DNA of 64,000 bases, taken from positions 166 through 64,165 of the forward strand of contig CAYFNE010000019.1 of assembly GCA_964344355.1 (NCBI GenBank). The letters run 5' to 3'. Shown here piece by piece: positions 28,968 through 38,453 of the stretch. The notes under the pieces were generated by a model. The model had not been told where the DNA came from, did no database searches, and saw only the letters and a list, made by a program, of their open reading frames with translations. The translations under genes were made by a program, and so were the position numbers. Within the stretch, counting starts at the first letter, position 1. Each line of letters starts with the position of its first letter. This DNA comes from an uncultured Magnetococcales bacterium. GTDB lineage: Bacteria > Pseudomonadota > Magnetococcia > Magnetococcales > CAYFNE01.

Positions 28968-29146
28968 GGTCTCCCCTCTTTCCTGGTAAATGTTTGACGG
29001 GGCCGTTTGATATTGAAAACGGCGATATCGGTTATTTTCCCATGGAATGATCGCTCCCTGGAACCATGCCATTGGCATGACCGGGCTGTCAATGATAAAC
29101 TATGCCAGTGTAGCGGTTTGGTTGCCTTGTGAGCGAATGAACACAC

Positions 29147-30139
29147 TCATTCGTCGAATATTCCCCCCAGTTCCCGCAACGCCGCCAACAGGTTTGAAAA
29201 ATCCTCCGGTGGCGCGGTCTTGAAATGCATGGTTCGTTTTTCGTGCGGATGTTCGAAGGTCAGTTCGGCGGCGTGCAGGGCTTGCCGTTTGAAACCGGCC
29301 ACCAGCGAGCGGATCCTCTCCGGCCAGTGGCCGGGGGGGCTGAAGGGACGGGCGTAGAGCGGATCCCCCAACAGGGGGTGGCCCAGATGGGCCATATGGA
29401 CACGGATCTGGTGGGTGCGTCCGGTCTCCAGATGGCAGGCGATCAGGGAAAAGGGCGGGAGCCGGTTCAACACCGAGTAGTGGGTGACGGCGTGGCGGCC
29501 CCGTTGGTGGGGCGGGGGGATGACGGCCATTTTTTTCCGCGCCTTCGGGTGGCGACCGATGGCGGCGGTGATGGTTCCCCGTTGCCGACCGGGTACCCCC
29601 TTGACCAAAGCCAGATAACCGCGCCGGGCGCTGTGGGCCTTGAACTGGGCGGCCAGATGGCGGTGGGCTTCATCGTTTTTCGCCGCCACCAGCAGACCGC
29701 TGGTCTCCTTGTCGAGACGGTGGACGATGCCGGGACGAATGACGCCGCCAATGCCCGACAGACTGCCCCGGCAGTGATGGAGGAGGGCGTTGACCAGGGT
29801 GCCGTTGGCGCAACCGGCCCCGGGATGGACGGTCAGGCCGGCCGGTTTGTCGATGACGATCAGATGATCATCTTCATACGGGATCCGCAGCGGGATCGCT
29901 TCCGGCAAGGTTGCCGCCGCCACCGGTTCCGGTCGGAGGAGGGTGAAGGTGGCGGCGCCCTGAAGGCGTTCCTTGGCCGAGTCCACTGGTTCTCCGTCAC
30001 GGACGATGGCGCCGGCCTTGATCAATCGTTGCACCTCGGCGCGGCTGGTATCCGTCAAGGACGCGGCCAAGGCCTTGTCGAGACGCTCCCCGGTGCGGCT
30101 TTCATCGATATGGATGGTCCGGATCCGGTCCCGGCTCAT
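29147..30139 (-). CDS. rluD: 23S rRNA pseudouridine synthase, RluD/RluA family
   Basis: S4 domain (RLDKALA...SRAEVQRLIKAG) and catalytic HRLDKETSGLLV. The ATG overlaps the ubiG stop (ATGA at 30136-30139). Confidence 0.9.
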   Translation of the reverse strand: MSRDRIRTIHIDESRTGERLDKALAASLTDTSRAEVQRLIKAGAIVRDGEPVDSAKERLQGAATFTLLRPEPVAAATLPEAIPLRIPYEDDHLIVIDKPAGLTVHPGAGCANGTLVNALLHHCRGSLSGIGGVIRPGIVHRLDKETSGLLVAAKNDEAHRHLAAQFKAHSARRGYLALVKGVPGRQRGTITAAIGRHPKARKKMAVIPPPHQRGRHAVTHYSVLNRLPPFSLIACHLETGRTHQIRVHMAHLGHPLLGDPLYARPFSPPGHWPERIRSLVAGFKRQALHAAELTFEHPHEKRTMHFKTAPPEDFSNLLAALRELGGIFDE

Positions 30140-30849
30140 TCGCGGCGACCATACCCCAGATAGTTGACGTTGGGGTTGTTGCTCAATTTCCACTCATCGG
30201 CCAGCGGGTTGTAGGAGAGTCCGCGCAGGTCCCGCATTTGTACCCCGGCCTGACGCAGGTCCCGGTTCAGTTCGGAGGGACGGATGAATTTTTCATACTG
30301 GTGGGTGCCCCTGGGCAGCCAACCGAGGAGATATTCGGCGCCGGCGATGGCCAGCAACCAAGCCTGGGGGGTGCGGTTGAGGGTGGCGAAAAACAGATGG
30401 CCGCCGGGTTTGATCAAAGCTGCGCACTCCTGAAGAAATTTTGGCACGTCCGGGACATGCTCCAGGACCTCCATGGCCAGGACCGCATCGAAGGATCGGG
30501 CCCGGGTCTCTCCCAACTCCCGGGCCGACTGCAGGCGATAGTCGACCTGGGAGCCGCTTTCCCGTTGATGCGCCTTGGCGACGCCGATGATCTGCTCCGA
30601 CCGGTCGATGGCCGTGACCCGGGCGCCATACTGGTCCAGGGATTCGGAAAGAATGCCGCCGCCACAGCCGATATCCAGCACCTTCAATCCCTCCAGGTCC
30701 CGATCGTCCGCTCCGGTCAATTGCCGGCGGATATAGTCCACCCGAATGGGATTGATCTGGTGCAGGGGTTTGAACTTGCCATCCGGGTCCCACCACTCGT
30801 CGGCAATTTTTTCAAACTTGGCGATTTCCGCCACATCCTCCGTGGACAT
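30136..30849 (-). CDS. ubiG: bifunctional 2-polyprenyl-6-hydroxyphenol methylase / 3-demethylubiquinol 3-O-methyltransferase
   Basis: EIAKFEKIADEWWDPDGKFKPLHQINPIRVDYI and VLDIGCGGGILSE. Start MSTEDV with a GGAGGA RBS. Confidence 0.92.
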   Translation of the reverse strand: MSTEDVAEIAKFEKIADEWWDPDGKFKPLHQINPIRVDYIRRQLTGADDRDLEGLKVLDIGCGGGILSESLDQYGARVTAIDRSEQIIGVAKAHQRESGSQVDYRLQSARELGETRARSFDAVLAMEVLEHVPDVPKFLQECAALIKPGGHLFFATLNRTPQAWLLAIAGAEYLLGWLPRGTHQYEKFIRPSELNRDLRQAGVQMRDLRGLSYNPLADEWKLSNNPNVNYLGYGRRE

Positions 30850-31129
30850 CGTCGGTTTCCTCCGCTTTTGGGAACGCATCGTTGTTAGCGAAACGCAGGA
30901 TAACATGCAACTTTTTGACGGTATAGCGTGCAGGGGAAAAAAATGTGCGAGGCAGCTATGATTATGAAAAGTATAGAAAAATAAAAAAGTTCCCTGTTTT
31001 CAAGGTGTTTTTGATGTTTTTGCCAAAAGTGGGACGCTTTGGACCGAATTTTGAAATGTTCGCCGGCAGGATGGCTCGGTAAAATTCAATTTAGTTTCGG
31101 ATCCGTGTGATCATGCAGCGGATGGAGGT

Positions 31130-32341
31130 ATGTACGAGATGAATCGGCGACATCTATTACAAGCCATGGCACTTTCAGCCACCGGTCTGTGGTTGCCCGG
31201 TACCGCCTTTTCAAAGCAGTCCTGGGACCCTTCCGGTTCCCGTTTGACCCGCATCCTCGATGTTCGTGTCTGGACCGCCCCGGACCATACCCGTGTGGTG
31301 TATGATCTGGATGGCCGCGTCGATCATACCCTGTTTCACCTGCCCCGGCCCGACCGCATGGTGGTCGACCTCAAACACTCCCGTTGGCAGGTGGATCCGG
31401 CCCGGTTGAATTTGTCCGATGCGGTGATCCGTCGTTTTCGCACCGGTTCTCCCGCCAAGGGAACCATTCGTACCGTGTTTGAACTGACGCAGGAGGTCCG
31501 GGCCAACTCGTTCGTGCTGCCGGCCGCCGGCAACAAGGGGCCACGGTTGGTGGTGGACCTGATTCGCAAGAGTGGCGACGGCGCCCCGGCAAGGACGGCA
31601 AAATCCACATCCGGACGGAGACACGGTCGCAGCCGTCGGGATGCCGTGGTGGTGATCGATCCCGGTCATGGGGGCGAAGACCCGGGCGCCGTCGGCGCCG
31701 GGGGTACCATGGAGAAGGATATCGCCCTGGCCGTGGGACGCCGTTTGAAACGGCACATCGATCGACTGCCCGGGTTCAAGGCCCATCTCACCCGGGACGG
31801 GGACTATTTCGTCTCCCTGCGCAAACGGGTTTCATCGGCCAGAAAACATGATGCCGATCTGTTCGTCAGTCTGCATGCCGACGCCTTTCACATCCCTTCG
31901 GCCAAAGGGGCGTCGGTCTATACCCTGTCGGAGCGGGGAAAACCCTCACCGGACCGCGCCATTCGCAATCTGGTACGGCGGGAAAACAGCGCCGATCTGA
32001 TCGGAGGGGTCAATCTGCAACAGTTTTCAGACCCCGAAGTACAGGGCATCCTCATGGATCTGTCCCAACGCGATTCCCTGAACCGGGCCTTGAAATATGG
32101 GCACAAACTGCTGACCTCCCTGAAAAAGGTGCCATCACTGGATCTCCATTTCAGAGAGGTCAAACAGGCCGGTTTCGCGGTATTGAAGGCGCCGGACATG
32201 CCGTCGGTCCTGGTGGAGATGGCCTTTCTCACCAATCGTGAAGAGGAGCGACTGTTGGGACGCCGGTCCTATCAGGAGGCGTTGGCCAAAGCCCTGGCCA
32301 AAGGCACCGAGCATTTCGTGCGTTCCTCCAGGCTGGCTTGA
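31130..32341 (+). CDS. amiC: N-acetylmuramoyl-L-alanine amidase (AMIN + amidase_3 domains, Tat signal)
   Basis: Twin-arginine signal MNRRHLLQAMALSATG. AMIN-like segment (RVWTAPDHTRVVYDL). Amidase_3 motifs (VVIDPGHGGEDPGA, SLHADA). Confidence 0.9.
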   Translation: MYEMNRRHLLQAMALSATGLWLPGTAFSKQSWDPSGSRLTRILDVRVWTAPDHTRVVYDLDGRVDHTLFHLPRPDRMVVDLKHSRWQVDPARLNLSDAVIRRFRTGSPAKGTIRTVFELTQEVRANSFVLPAAGNKGPRLVVDLIRKSGDGAPARTAKSTSGRRHGRSRRDAVVVIDPGHGGEDPGAVGAGGTMEKDIALAVGRRLKRHIDRLPGFKAHLTRDGDYFVSLRKRVSSARKHDADLFVSLHADAFHIPSAKGASVYTLSERGKPSPDRAIRNLVRRENSADLIGGVNLQQFSDPEVQGILMDLSQRDSLNRALKYGHKLLTSLKKVPSLDLHFREVKQAGFAVLKAPDMPSVLVEMAFLTNREEERLLGRRSYQEALAKALAKGTEHFVRSSRLA

Positions 32342-32404
32342 CAGGTGGGAACCGAAAAAAATCCGATCACCATCGGAAAGATCGGTAGTGGTCATGGATT
32401 TCCT

Positions 32405-32438
32405 CAGAGGCTGTCGAAAATCCTTTCGATAGCTTCTG
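32405..32438. repeat. hairpin repeat copy 1 (CAGAGGCTGTCGAAAATCCTTTCGATAGCTTCTG)
   Basis: Imperfect palindrome. It shares the GAGGCTGTCGAAA...TTTCGA(C/T)AGC core with 51776-51805. It sits at the border of a low-GC islet. Confidence 0.7.
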
Positions 32439-32490
32439 AGAAGGATATGACAAAGCAGGTTGAGTCGATCTTGGAGAACAAGAGGAGTGT

Positions 32491-33036
32491 TCAGTAAAGT
32501 TTCGGTGGATTGCCTTTGTTTTCAGAGACAGCACGAACAAAATCTTCCCGCTTGCCGATGATATCATTCCACTCTGTTGTACCCAGATAGTCTTCTTCAC
32601 CGGATTCAAGTGAAAACTCTGGCATATAGGTTCCAAGAACTCCCTTTTCGAAAAGCCCACCTTCAATGACTCCGGCTTCACGAAGGATCAAGACGGGCAG
32701 ACCCAATTGAAAAGCCATGGCTGGTTCGATCTGACAGTAGGCACTGGTAAACCAGACGTCTTGCAGCTCTTTTTCCGTCATTCTGGGGATATCCGCCAGA
32801 TGCTTCTGTTTGCCGGCAAGGACCAATGTTCGTCTCAAGGCAATGGTGATGATTCCGTTTGATTCAAGCATCAACCGCCGAATGGCCTTCAAAGGCGCAT
32901 TCATATCATAATCGGTAACACCGAGGGTCCTGGGCTCGAATCCTCTTGACAAGAGGTATTTCTTGAGCCGATCAATGAACAGCTTCTGAGACATCATGTG
33001 AGGTTGAGGATAGCTCAGGAATACCGGTATTTTCAT
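32491..33036 (-). CDS. solitary TIR-like / nucleoside 2-deoxyribosyltransferase-like (flavodoxin-fold) protein
   Basis: Start MKIPVFLSYPQPH with a GAGGA RBS. SAYCQIEPAMAFQLGLPVLIL resembles the conserved Glu-containing helix followed by GxP-beta strand of the DUF1863/TIR-like and NDT families. GC is visibly lower than in the flanks. Confidence 0.6.
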   Translation of the reverse strand: MKIPVFLSYPQPHMMSQKLFIDRLKKYLLSRGFEPRTLGVTDYDMNAPLKAIRRLMLESNGIITIALRRTLVLAGKQKHLADIPRMTEKELQDVWFTSAYCQIEPAMAFQLGLPVLILREAGVIEGGLFEKGVLGTYMPEFSLESGEEDYLGTTEWNDIIGKREDFVRAVSENKGNPPKLY

Positions 33037-33090
33037 TGAAGGTCCTCTTTTTGGATCGTAACAATCCAACCACTCGCTCAGAGCGGTCCT

Positions 33091-33918
33091 TCAAGGATTT
33101 CGTTCCGGGTTCAATGTTTCATCCCCGAACCAGGCCAGAACCGATCGATAGTTGACCACCTCACCGATGATGATCACCGCCGGCGGCGTCAAGCCGACGG
33201 CGGTCACGTCGCGTACCGCATGTTCCAAGGTGGTGACCAGGGTTTGTTGTTGGGGGGTCGTCGCCCAGCGGATGAGTGCCACCGGGGTATCGGGGGGGCG
33301 GCCGGCATTCATGATGCGCTGGGTGACCGGTTGCAAATTTTTGATGGCCATGTACAACACCAGCACCGGGAAGGTCCGGGCCATGTTTTCCCAATCCATG
33401 CGCGAGGCGGCGGGGCTCTCCTCGTCGGGATTGTTTTCCGGTGACTCCTGGCCGGTGATGAAGGCGACGTTGGCGTTGACATGCCGGTGGGTGATGGGGA
33501 TGCCGGCATAGGCGGGACCGGCGATACCGGCGGTCAATCCCGGAATGACCCGAAACGAAACCCCCTCTTCGACCAGGCGACCGGCCTCTTCGCCGCCACG
33601 CCCGAAAACGAAGGGATCCCCCCCTTTCAAACGGACCACCCGTTTGTTTTGTTTGGCCAGGGAAATCAGGGTATCGCTGATATCGGCCTGACAGGCGGAG
33701 GGGCTGCCGCCCCGCTTGCCGGCGAAAAGAATCTCCCGTTCCGGCGGGATCATCGCCAAAATTTCCGGGGAGACCAGGGCGTCGTGAACCACCACATCGG
33801 CGGCCTTCAGGGCCTTGACCGCCGCCAGGGTCATCAGGTCGGGATCTCCGGGGCCGGCACCGACCAGGGCGACGGTACCGGGCGGCAGAAAATCCCGGTT
33901 TTCAAGGGAATCGTTCAC
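33091..33918 (-). CDS. cobA: uroporphyrinogen-III C-methyltransferase
   Basis: VALVGAGPGDPDLMTLAAVKALKAADVVVHDALV and RLKGGDPFVFGRGGEE. Confidence 0.92.
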   Translation of the reverse strand: MNDSLENRDFLPPGTVALVGAGPGDPDLMTLAAVKALKAADVVVHDALVSPEILAMIPPEREILFAGKRGGSPSACQADISDTLISLAKQNKRVVRLKGGDPFVFGRGGEEAGRLVEEGVSFRVIPGLTAGIAGPAYAGIPITHRHVNANVAFITGQESPENNPDEESPAASRMDWENMARTFPVLVLYMAIKNLQPVTQRIMNAGRPPDTPVALIRWATTPQQQTLVTTLEHAVRDVTAVGLTPPAVIIIGEVVNYRSVLAWFGDETLNPERNP

Positions 33919-33981
33919 ACATCATCTCCAGTGGCCCGCTCCGTTCCGGCCGGGAGGCCGGTGCGGGGGGGCGGGAACCGG

Positions 33982-34953
33982 TCATCCGGGCTCCCCCCCT
34001 TTGACGGGGGTGTCCAGGAGGCCGCGTACCACCTTGCACCATCCTTTGCCAATGTTGTCGGGATTATAACCACCACCGCCGACGGCCAGCACCCGTCCGT
34101 GTCCCAGGTTTTCCGCCAGTTGCGAAAGCCGTGAGGCGACATGGTGGAAGGCGGTGGGGGAGAGGCGCAACTGGGTGATCGGATCGCCGGCGATGGAATC
34201 GGCGCCGCATTGGAGAATGATGAACTCCGGCTCCGCTTCTTCGAGAAACCGGGCGATTTTTGGCCAAACCTTGAAAAAATGGTCATCTCCGGCCCCGGGG
34301 GGCAGAGAAAAATTGAGTTTGGTCCCCTCCGCCGCCCCCTTGCCGGTCTCCCAGGAGTGGCCGGTACCGGGGTAGAGGGTGCGTCCGTCCTGGTGGGTAT
34401 CGGCAATGATCAGGTCGGGGTCCGACTCGAAGGCGTAGAACACGCCATCGCCATGATGGGCGTCGATATCGACATAGGCGATGCGTTTGATGCCGTGCCG
34501 GGCGCGCAGGACGTGGATGGCGACCCCGGCATCGTTGAACACGCAAAATCCCCCGGCCCGCTCCGGTCGGGCGTGGTGCAGACCGGCGATGGGGACGAAG
34601 GCGCGGCGGCACTCGCCGCGCATGATGCGTTCCATGGCGTCCAGGGTGGAACCGACCACATGGGCGGCGGCCTGATAGACCCCGGGAAAGGCGGGGGTGT
34701 CACCATAGTCGAGGGCGCCCTCACCGGTCAACGACCGTTCCGCCACCAGGGAGACATATTCGGGATTGTGGAACAGTTGAATGTCCCGGCGCGAAGCGAT
34801 CACCGGCGGCATGACCGTCACATCCTTGTCCAACCCCTGATTTTTCGCCTCGTTCCAGAAGGCGTCCATCCGATGGGGACCGAACGGATGTCCGTCCGGG
34901 AAGCCATAACTGGCGATCTCTTCTCCAATGTAGACACAGACGGTACAGGCCAT
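33982..34953 (-). CDS. histone deacetylase family protein (AcuC/acetoin utilization-like)
   Basis: HPFGPHR, GLHHARPERAGGFCVFND, and DIDAHHGDGV. Internal start MACTVCVY was chosen. Confidence 0.88.
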   Translation of the reverse strand: MACTVCVYIGEEIASYGFPDGHPFGPHRMDAFWNEAKNQGLDKDVTVMPPVIASRRDIQLFHNPEYVSLVAERSLTGEGALDYGDTPAFPGVYQAAAHVVGSTLDAMERIMRGECRRAFVPIAGLHHARPERAGGFCVFNDAGVAIHVLRARHGIKRIAYVDIDAHHGDGVFYAFESDPDLIIADTHQDGRTLYPGTGHSWETGKGAAEGTKLNFSLPPGAGDDHFFKVWPKIARFLEEAEPEFIILQCGADSIAGDPITQLRLSPTAFHHVASRLSQLAENLGHGRVLAVGGGGYNPDNIGKGWCKVVRGLLDTPVKGGEPG

Positions 34954-35037
34954 GATGGTTTCCGTTTCAGGGTCACTGTGGCGAGTCGCCCCGGCGAGGC
35001 GCGGTGGTGCCGTTCCCGGTTCCAAGGGCTGGGGTTC

Positions 35038-35802
35038 TCAGGGGGTCAACACGACCTTTTGGTACAATCCACCGAAATGGGTACTCTTGTGGGAGGCCTG
35101 GATGGTGGTCCCGGCCGGCAGCCACTCCTCGATCTCATGTTGCCACAGGTCCATGGCAAAGGGTTCCAGGGTGCGGAGGATCGGGATCATGACATAGCGG
35201 AAAGGGTTGTACCAGGCCGGTCGGTGATAATCGACGAATACCACTTTGCCGCCCGGTTTGGTAACCCGTAACGCTTCGGCGATGGTCCGCTCCCGAACCC
35301 CGGCCGGCTGTTCGTGCAACAGGAAAAAGAGGATCGATTGATCGAAACTGTCGTCTTCGAACGCCAGGTTGGTGGAGTCCTGATGGTGCAGATGGACCTT
35401 GCCGTGGCCATTGAGCTTGCGGCTGAGGTTGTCCAGTTGCACCGGCGCGACATCCACTACGTCCAGGTGGGCGCCGTCGGTCATGCGGTTGGCGACCCGG
35501 GGCGTGAAATCCCCATAGACACAGGCCACCTGCAGGGTGCGGCCGTTGATGGTCCGTCCCATTTCATCCAGGGCCATGTCGCGCAGATGGGAAAAATTAC
35601 CCCACAGAATCAGGTTGACCAGCCATTGCCGTTCGAAAAACCGCACCCCCTTGGGATGGATATAGGCCCACCAGTAGGTTTCCTGAAGGTAGGCCGGCAG
35701 CGGCAGCTTGTCGGAAACATGGTAGTTTTTGAACAATTTGGATGAGGAATCGGGCAAGGCCATATACGGGGCTGGCGCTTCCACAACGGATAGTTTGTCC
35801 AT
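35038..35802 (-). CDS. class I methyltransferase-fold protein, RquA-like (possible rhodoquinone biosynthesis)
   Basis: It has a divergent motif I (LQVACVYGD) in place of the canonical DxGCGxG. It also has the YLQETYWWAYIHPKGVRFFERQWLVNLILWGN segment, which I recall as characteristic of RquA. The assignment is from memory, not from a search. Confidence 0.55.
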   Translation of the reverse strand: MDKLSVVEAPAPYMALPDSSSKLFKNYHVSDKLPLPAYLQETYWWAYIHPKGVRFFERQWLVNLILWGNFSHLRDMALDEMGRTINGRTLQVACVYGDFTPRVANRMTDGAHLDVVDVAPVQLDNLSRKLNGHGKVHLHHQDSTNLAFEDDSFDQSILFFLLHEQPAGVRERTIAEALRVTKPGGKVVFVDYHRPAWYNPFRYVMIPILRTLEPFAMDLWQHEIEEWLPAGTTIQASHKSTHFGGLYQKVVLTP

Positions 35803-35986
35803 AAGCCGCTGTCTCGGTTTTTGTTGTTATTGAATGAATCCGGAGCAGGTATCCAAAACTGGCCGTGATTCATTCGGAAATGCCGGTTTTCGTAGTGGGT
35901 GGCTGACTGGTTTCGACGGTCCGTCGGATTGGACGGCTACGACCGGCTTCTCGGGGTTCCGCGGGTTGGTTCGTGATTTCCGTGGC

Positions 35987-36062
35987 TGGTGGAGGTGACC
36001 GGGATCGAACCGATGACCCCCTGCTTGCAAAGCAGGCGCTCTCCCAACTGAGCTACACCCCC
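35987..36062 (-). tRNA. tRNA-Ala (anticodon UGC), CCA encoded
   Basis: The reverse complement is GGGGGTGTAGCTCAGTTGGGAGAGCGCCTGCTTTGCAAGCAGGGGGTCATCGGTTCGATCCCGGTCACCTCCACCA. It folds as a cloverleaf with anticodon loop CTTTGCAAG. Confidence 0.97.
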
Positions 36063-36169
36063 TTGTACGGAGTTTCCGCTGGTCGTCGGCAGCGCCTCCG
36101 GCCATCAACTCGTGGCATTTCAGGCAAGATGAAATGCCGCCCCTCCGCCAATTTTCAGCGGGGGGAAAA

Positions 36170-36246
<77 letters not shown>

Positions 36247-36368
36247 ACAAAAATGAACCCGTTCTTCTACCCCGTTTTTTCCCTTCAGGTCAAGGACTGA
36301 AAAAGACCGTTCCGGTCAAAACCCGGGGGTCCCGGCTTTCCGGGGTCAGGTGGGAGGGGAATTTTTTC

Positions 36369-37148
36369 TCATTTTTCATTTGGTTTGGCGGGGCTCTTGT
36401 TCTTCGCGGCGGCCGTTTTGTCCGGCGGGTTTTTTTTGCCGGTGGCGCTCTTGTCTTCCGGCGGAATGACGAATCCCATCTCCGCCATGCCGGCGACGAT
36501 GATGCGCACCATCTGTTCCGGGGTGAACTGATCGCTGTTGAGGACCAGATCATAGCGGTTTTCACAGGCGGGGTACCGTTTGGCGACCTCCTTGACGAAA
36601 TGGTCGCGGTCGCGGTTGGTCTTTTCGACCAGTTTGGCCGCCTTGGATTTTTTGATGTCGCGATTTTTCGCCACCCGCTTGGCGCATACTTTCGGGGAAC
36701 CCTCCAGGCGGACACGGAAAACCCGGCCCGCCGGCAGCAGCAGATGGGCGCCCCGGCCCACCACCACGCCGCCCGAGGGGCCGATGTTGAGGATCACCTT
36801 GGCCATGAACCGGAAAAAGGCGTCCTTGTTGGTGCTTTTTTTGGAAAAAAAGGCATGAACCAGGTCATCCACCAGGGAGGTGGCCCGTTCATCGAGCCGT
36901 TCCAGGAGGTGTTTGTCCTCTTTGGCCTGTTTGACGATGGCCTTGAGCAGTGCCTTGTCATACAGCACCACGCCCAGGCGTTGGGAGAGCAGTTCGGCGG
37001 TGACGCCGCCGTGGGCCCCCATCTGTCTGGAAATGGTCACCAGTGGCGGACCGAGGGGGACGGTGCCCCCTTTTCGTGGATCATCGACGGTGTAAAGTTC
37101 GGAACCGACGATGGACTGTATCGCTTTCAGGGAATCTTTCTTGGCCAT
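36369..37148 (-). CDS. cytidylate kinase-like family protein with basic C-terminal tail
   Basis: VTISRQMGAHGGVTAELLSQRLGVVLYDKALL is typical of the cytidylate-kinase-2/AAA_18-like family. The tail is Lys/Pro-rich. Confidence 0.7.
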   Translation of the reverse strand: MAKKDSLKAIQSIVGSELYTVDDPRKGGTVPLGPPLVTISRQMGAHGGVTAELLSQRLGVVLYDKALLKAIVKQAKEDKHLLERLDERATSLVDDLVHAFFSKKSTNKDAFFRFMAKVILNIGPSGGVVVGRGAHLLLPAGRVFRVRLEGSPKVCAKRVAKNRDIKKSKAAKLVEKTNRDRDHFVKEVAKRYPACENRYDLVLNSDQFTPEQMVRIIVAGMAEMGFVIPPEDKSATGKKNPPDKTAAAKNKSPAKPNEK

Positions 37149-37171
37149 GTTTTTTTTCCTGGTTTATGAGA

Positions 37172-38449
37172 TCAAACCCTCTGGATGTGAACCTTGAGAA
37201 TGCTCCGTTCGTCGGCATCCTGAACGGTGAAACGGAAATCGTCTTCAACGATGCTGGCGCCGCTCCGTGGGATGGTGCGCAGACGATTGAGTATCAAGCC
37301 GGCGATCGTATGGGCCTCTCCCAGGGGAAAATGGGTGTGCAGGACATCGTTGATCTGTGACATGGGGGTACGCCCGTCAACGATGAACTCATCGTCGCCT
37401 TCCTGATGTATGTGCGTCGCCCGGCTCCGTTTCGGGTGATACTCCTCGAAATCATACCCCACGTCGATTTCTCCCACCACCTCTTCCAGCACATCCTCCA
37501 TGGTGAGAATGCCGGTGGCGGAGCCGAATTCATCGACGACGATGGCCATATGGTCATCGCGGGCCCGCATCATCGGCAGGGTTTGGTCGATGGTTTGACG
37601 CGGAGATATGTATAACGGATTGTGGATGAATTCCTCCAGCGATTTTTTCTCCAGGTCCGGTTCCATCAGGTCCCAGGTGTCGAGGGTCAGGACGCCGATG
37701 ACGTTGGTCAGGTTGCCCCGGAAGACCGGCAGACGGTTGAAACCGTATTTCCAGACCATTTCCATGGCCTCGGGCATCGTCGCCTCTTCGTTGATGCCCA
37801 CCACCTCGGCCAGGGGGATCATGGTTTCGCCGACCGTGGTTTCGGCGAAACGGATGATGCGTCCCACCCGTTTTTTGTCGAAACGGCGCGAGACGCTGGT
37901 CGATGTTTCCGACATCTCCAGGAGCATGCGGATCTCCTCCCGGGTGATGAAATCGCCGTGTTGTCCGCTGTTGCCGCCCACCAGTCGGGTGGCAATGCGG
38001 GCCACGCGGCTGAAAATGAAAATGACCGGATAGAACAGCAGCGAAAAAAAACGCAGGCCATAGATGATGATCGGGGCGATGGCGTCGGCCTTTTGCTGAT
38101 AGACGCTTTTGGGGACGATCTCGCCCAGTATCAGGAGAAACGGGGTGAAGACCAACACCGAGATCAAGTCGCCGCGCGGCCCGAAGAAGCCGATGAACAT
38201 CAGCGCCGCCAGGGTGGAGATGGTGACGGTGGCGATGTTGGTGCCGACCAGCGTTGTCCCCAGGATCACATCGGGCGTTTTGAACAGTTTCAATACCAGT
38301 TTCGCGCCGGCATTGCCCATTTTGGCCTGGTGGCGCATTTTCAACTTGTCACAGTTGACCATGGCGATTTCCGAGCCCGAGAAAAATCCTTTCAGGATCA
38401 GAAAGACCAGAATCAACAGCAACTCCAGGATCAACTCCATGGTGTCCAT
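37172..38449 (-). CDS. hemolysin-family protein (CNNM/DUF21 TM domain + CBS pair + CorC_HlyC)
   Basis: FFSGSEIAMV (DUF21), a CBS pair, and a C-terminal CorC/HlyC transporter-associated domain. Start MDTMELI with an AAAGGA RBS. Confidence 0.88.
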   Translation of the reverse strand: MDTMELILELLLILVFLILKGFFSGSEIAMVNCDKLKMRHQAKMGNAGAKLVLKLFKTPDVILGTTLVGTNIATVTISTLAALMFIGFFGPRGDLISVLVFTPFLLILGEIVPKSVYQQKADAIAPIIIYGLRFFSLLFYPVIFIFSRVARIATRLVGGNSGQHGDFITREEIRMLLEMSETSTSVSRRFDKKRVGRIIRFAETTVGETMIPLAEVVGINEEATMPEAMEMVWKYGFNRLPVFRGNLTNVIGVLTLDTWDLMEPDLEKKSLEEFIHNPLYISPRQTIDQTLPMMRARDDHMAIVVDEFGSATGILTMEDVLEEVVGEIDVGYDFEEYHPKRSRATHIHQEGDDEFIVDGRTPMSQINDVLHTHFPLGEAHTIAGLILNRLRTIPRSGASIVEDDFRFTVQDADERSILKVHIQRV

Positions 38450-38453
38450 TGGC

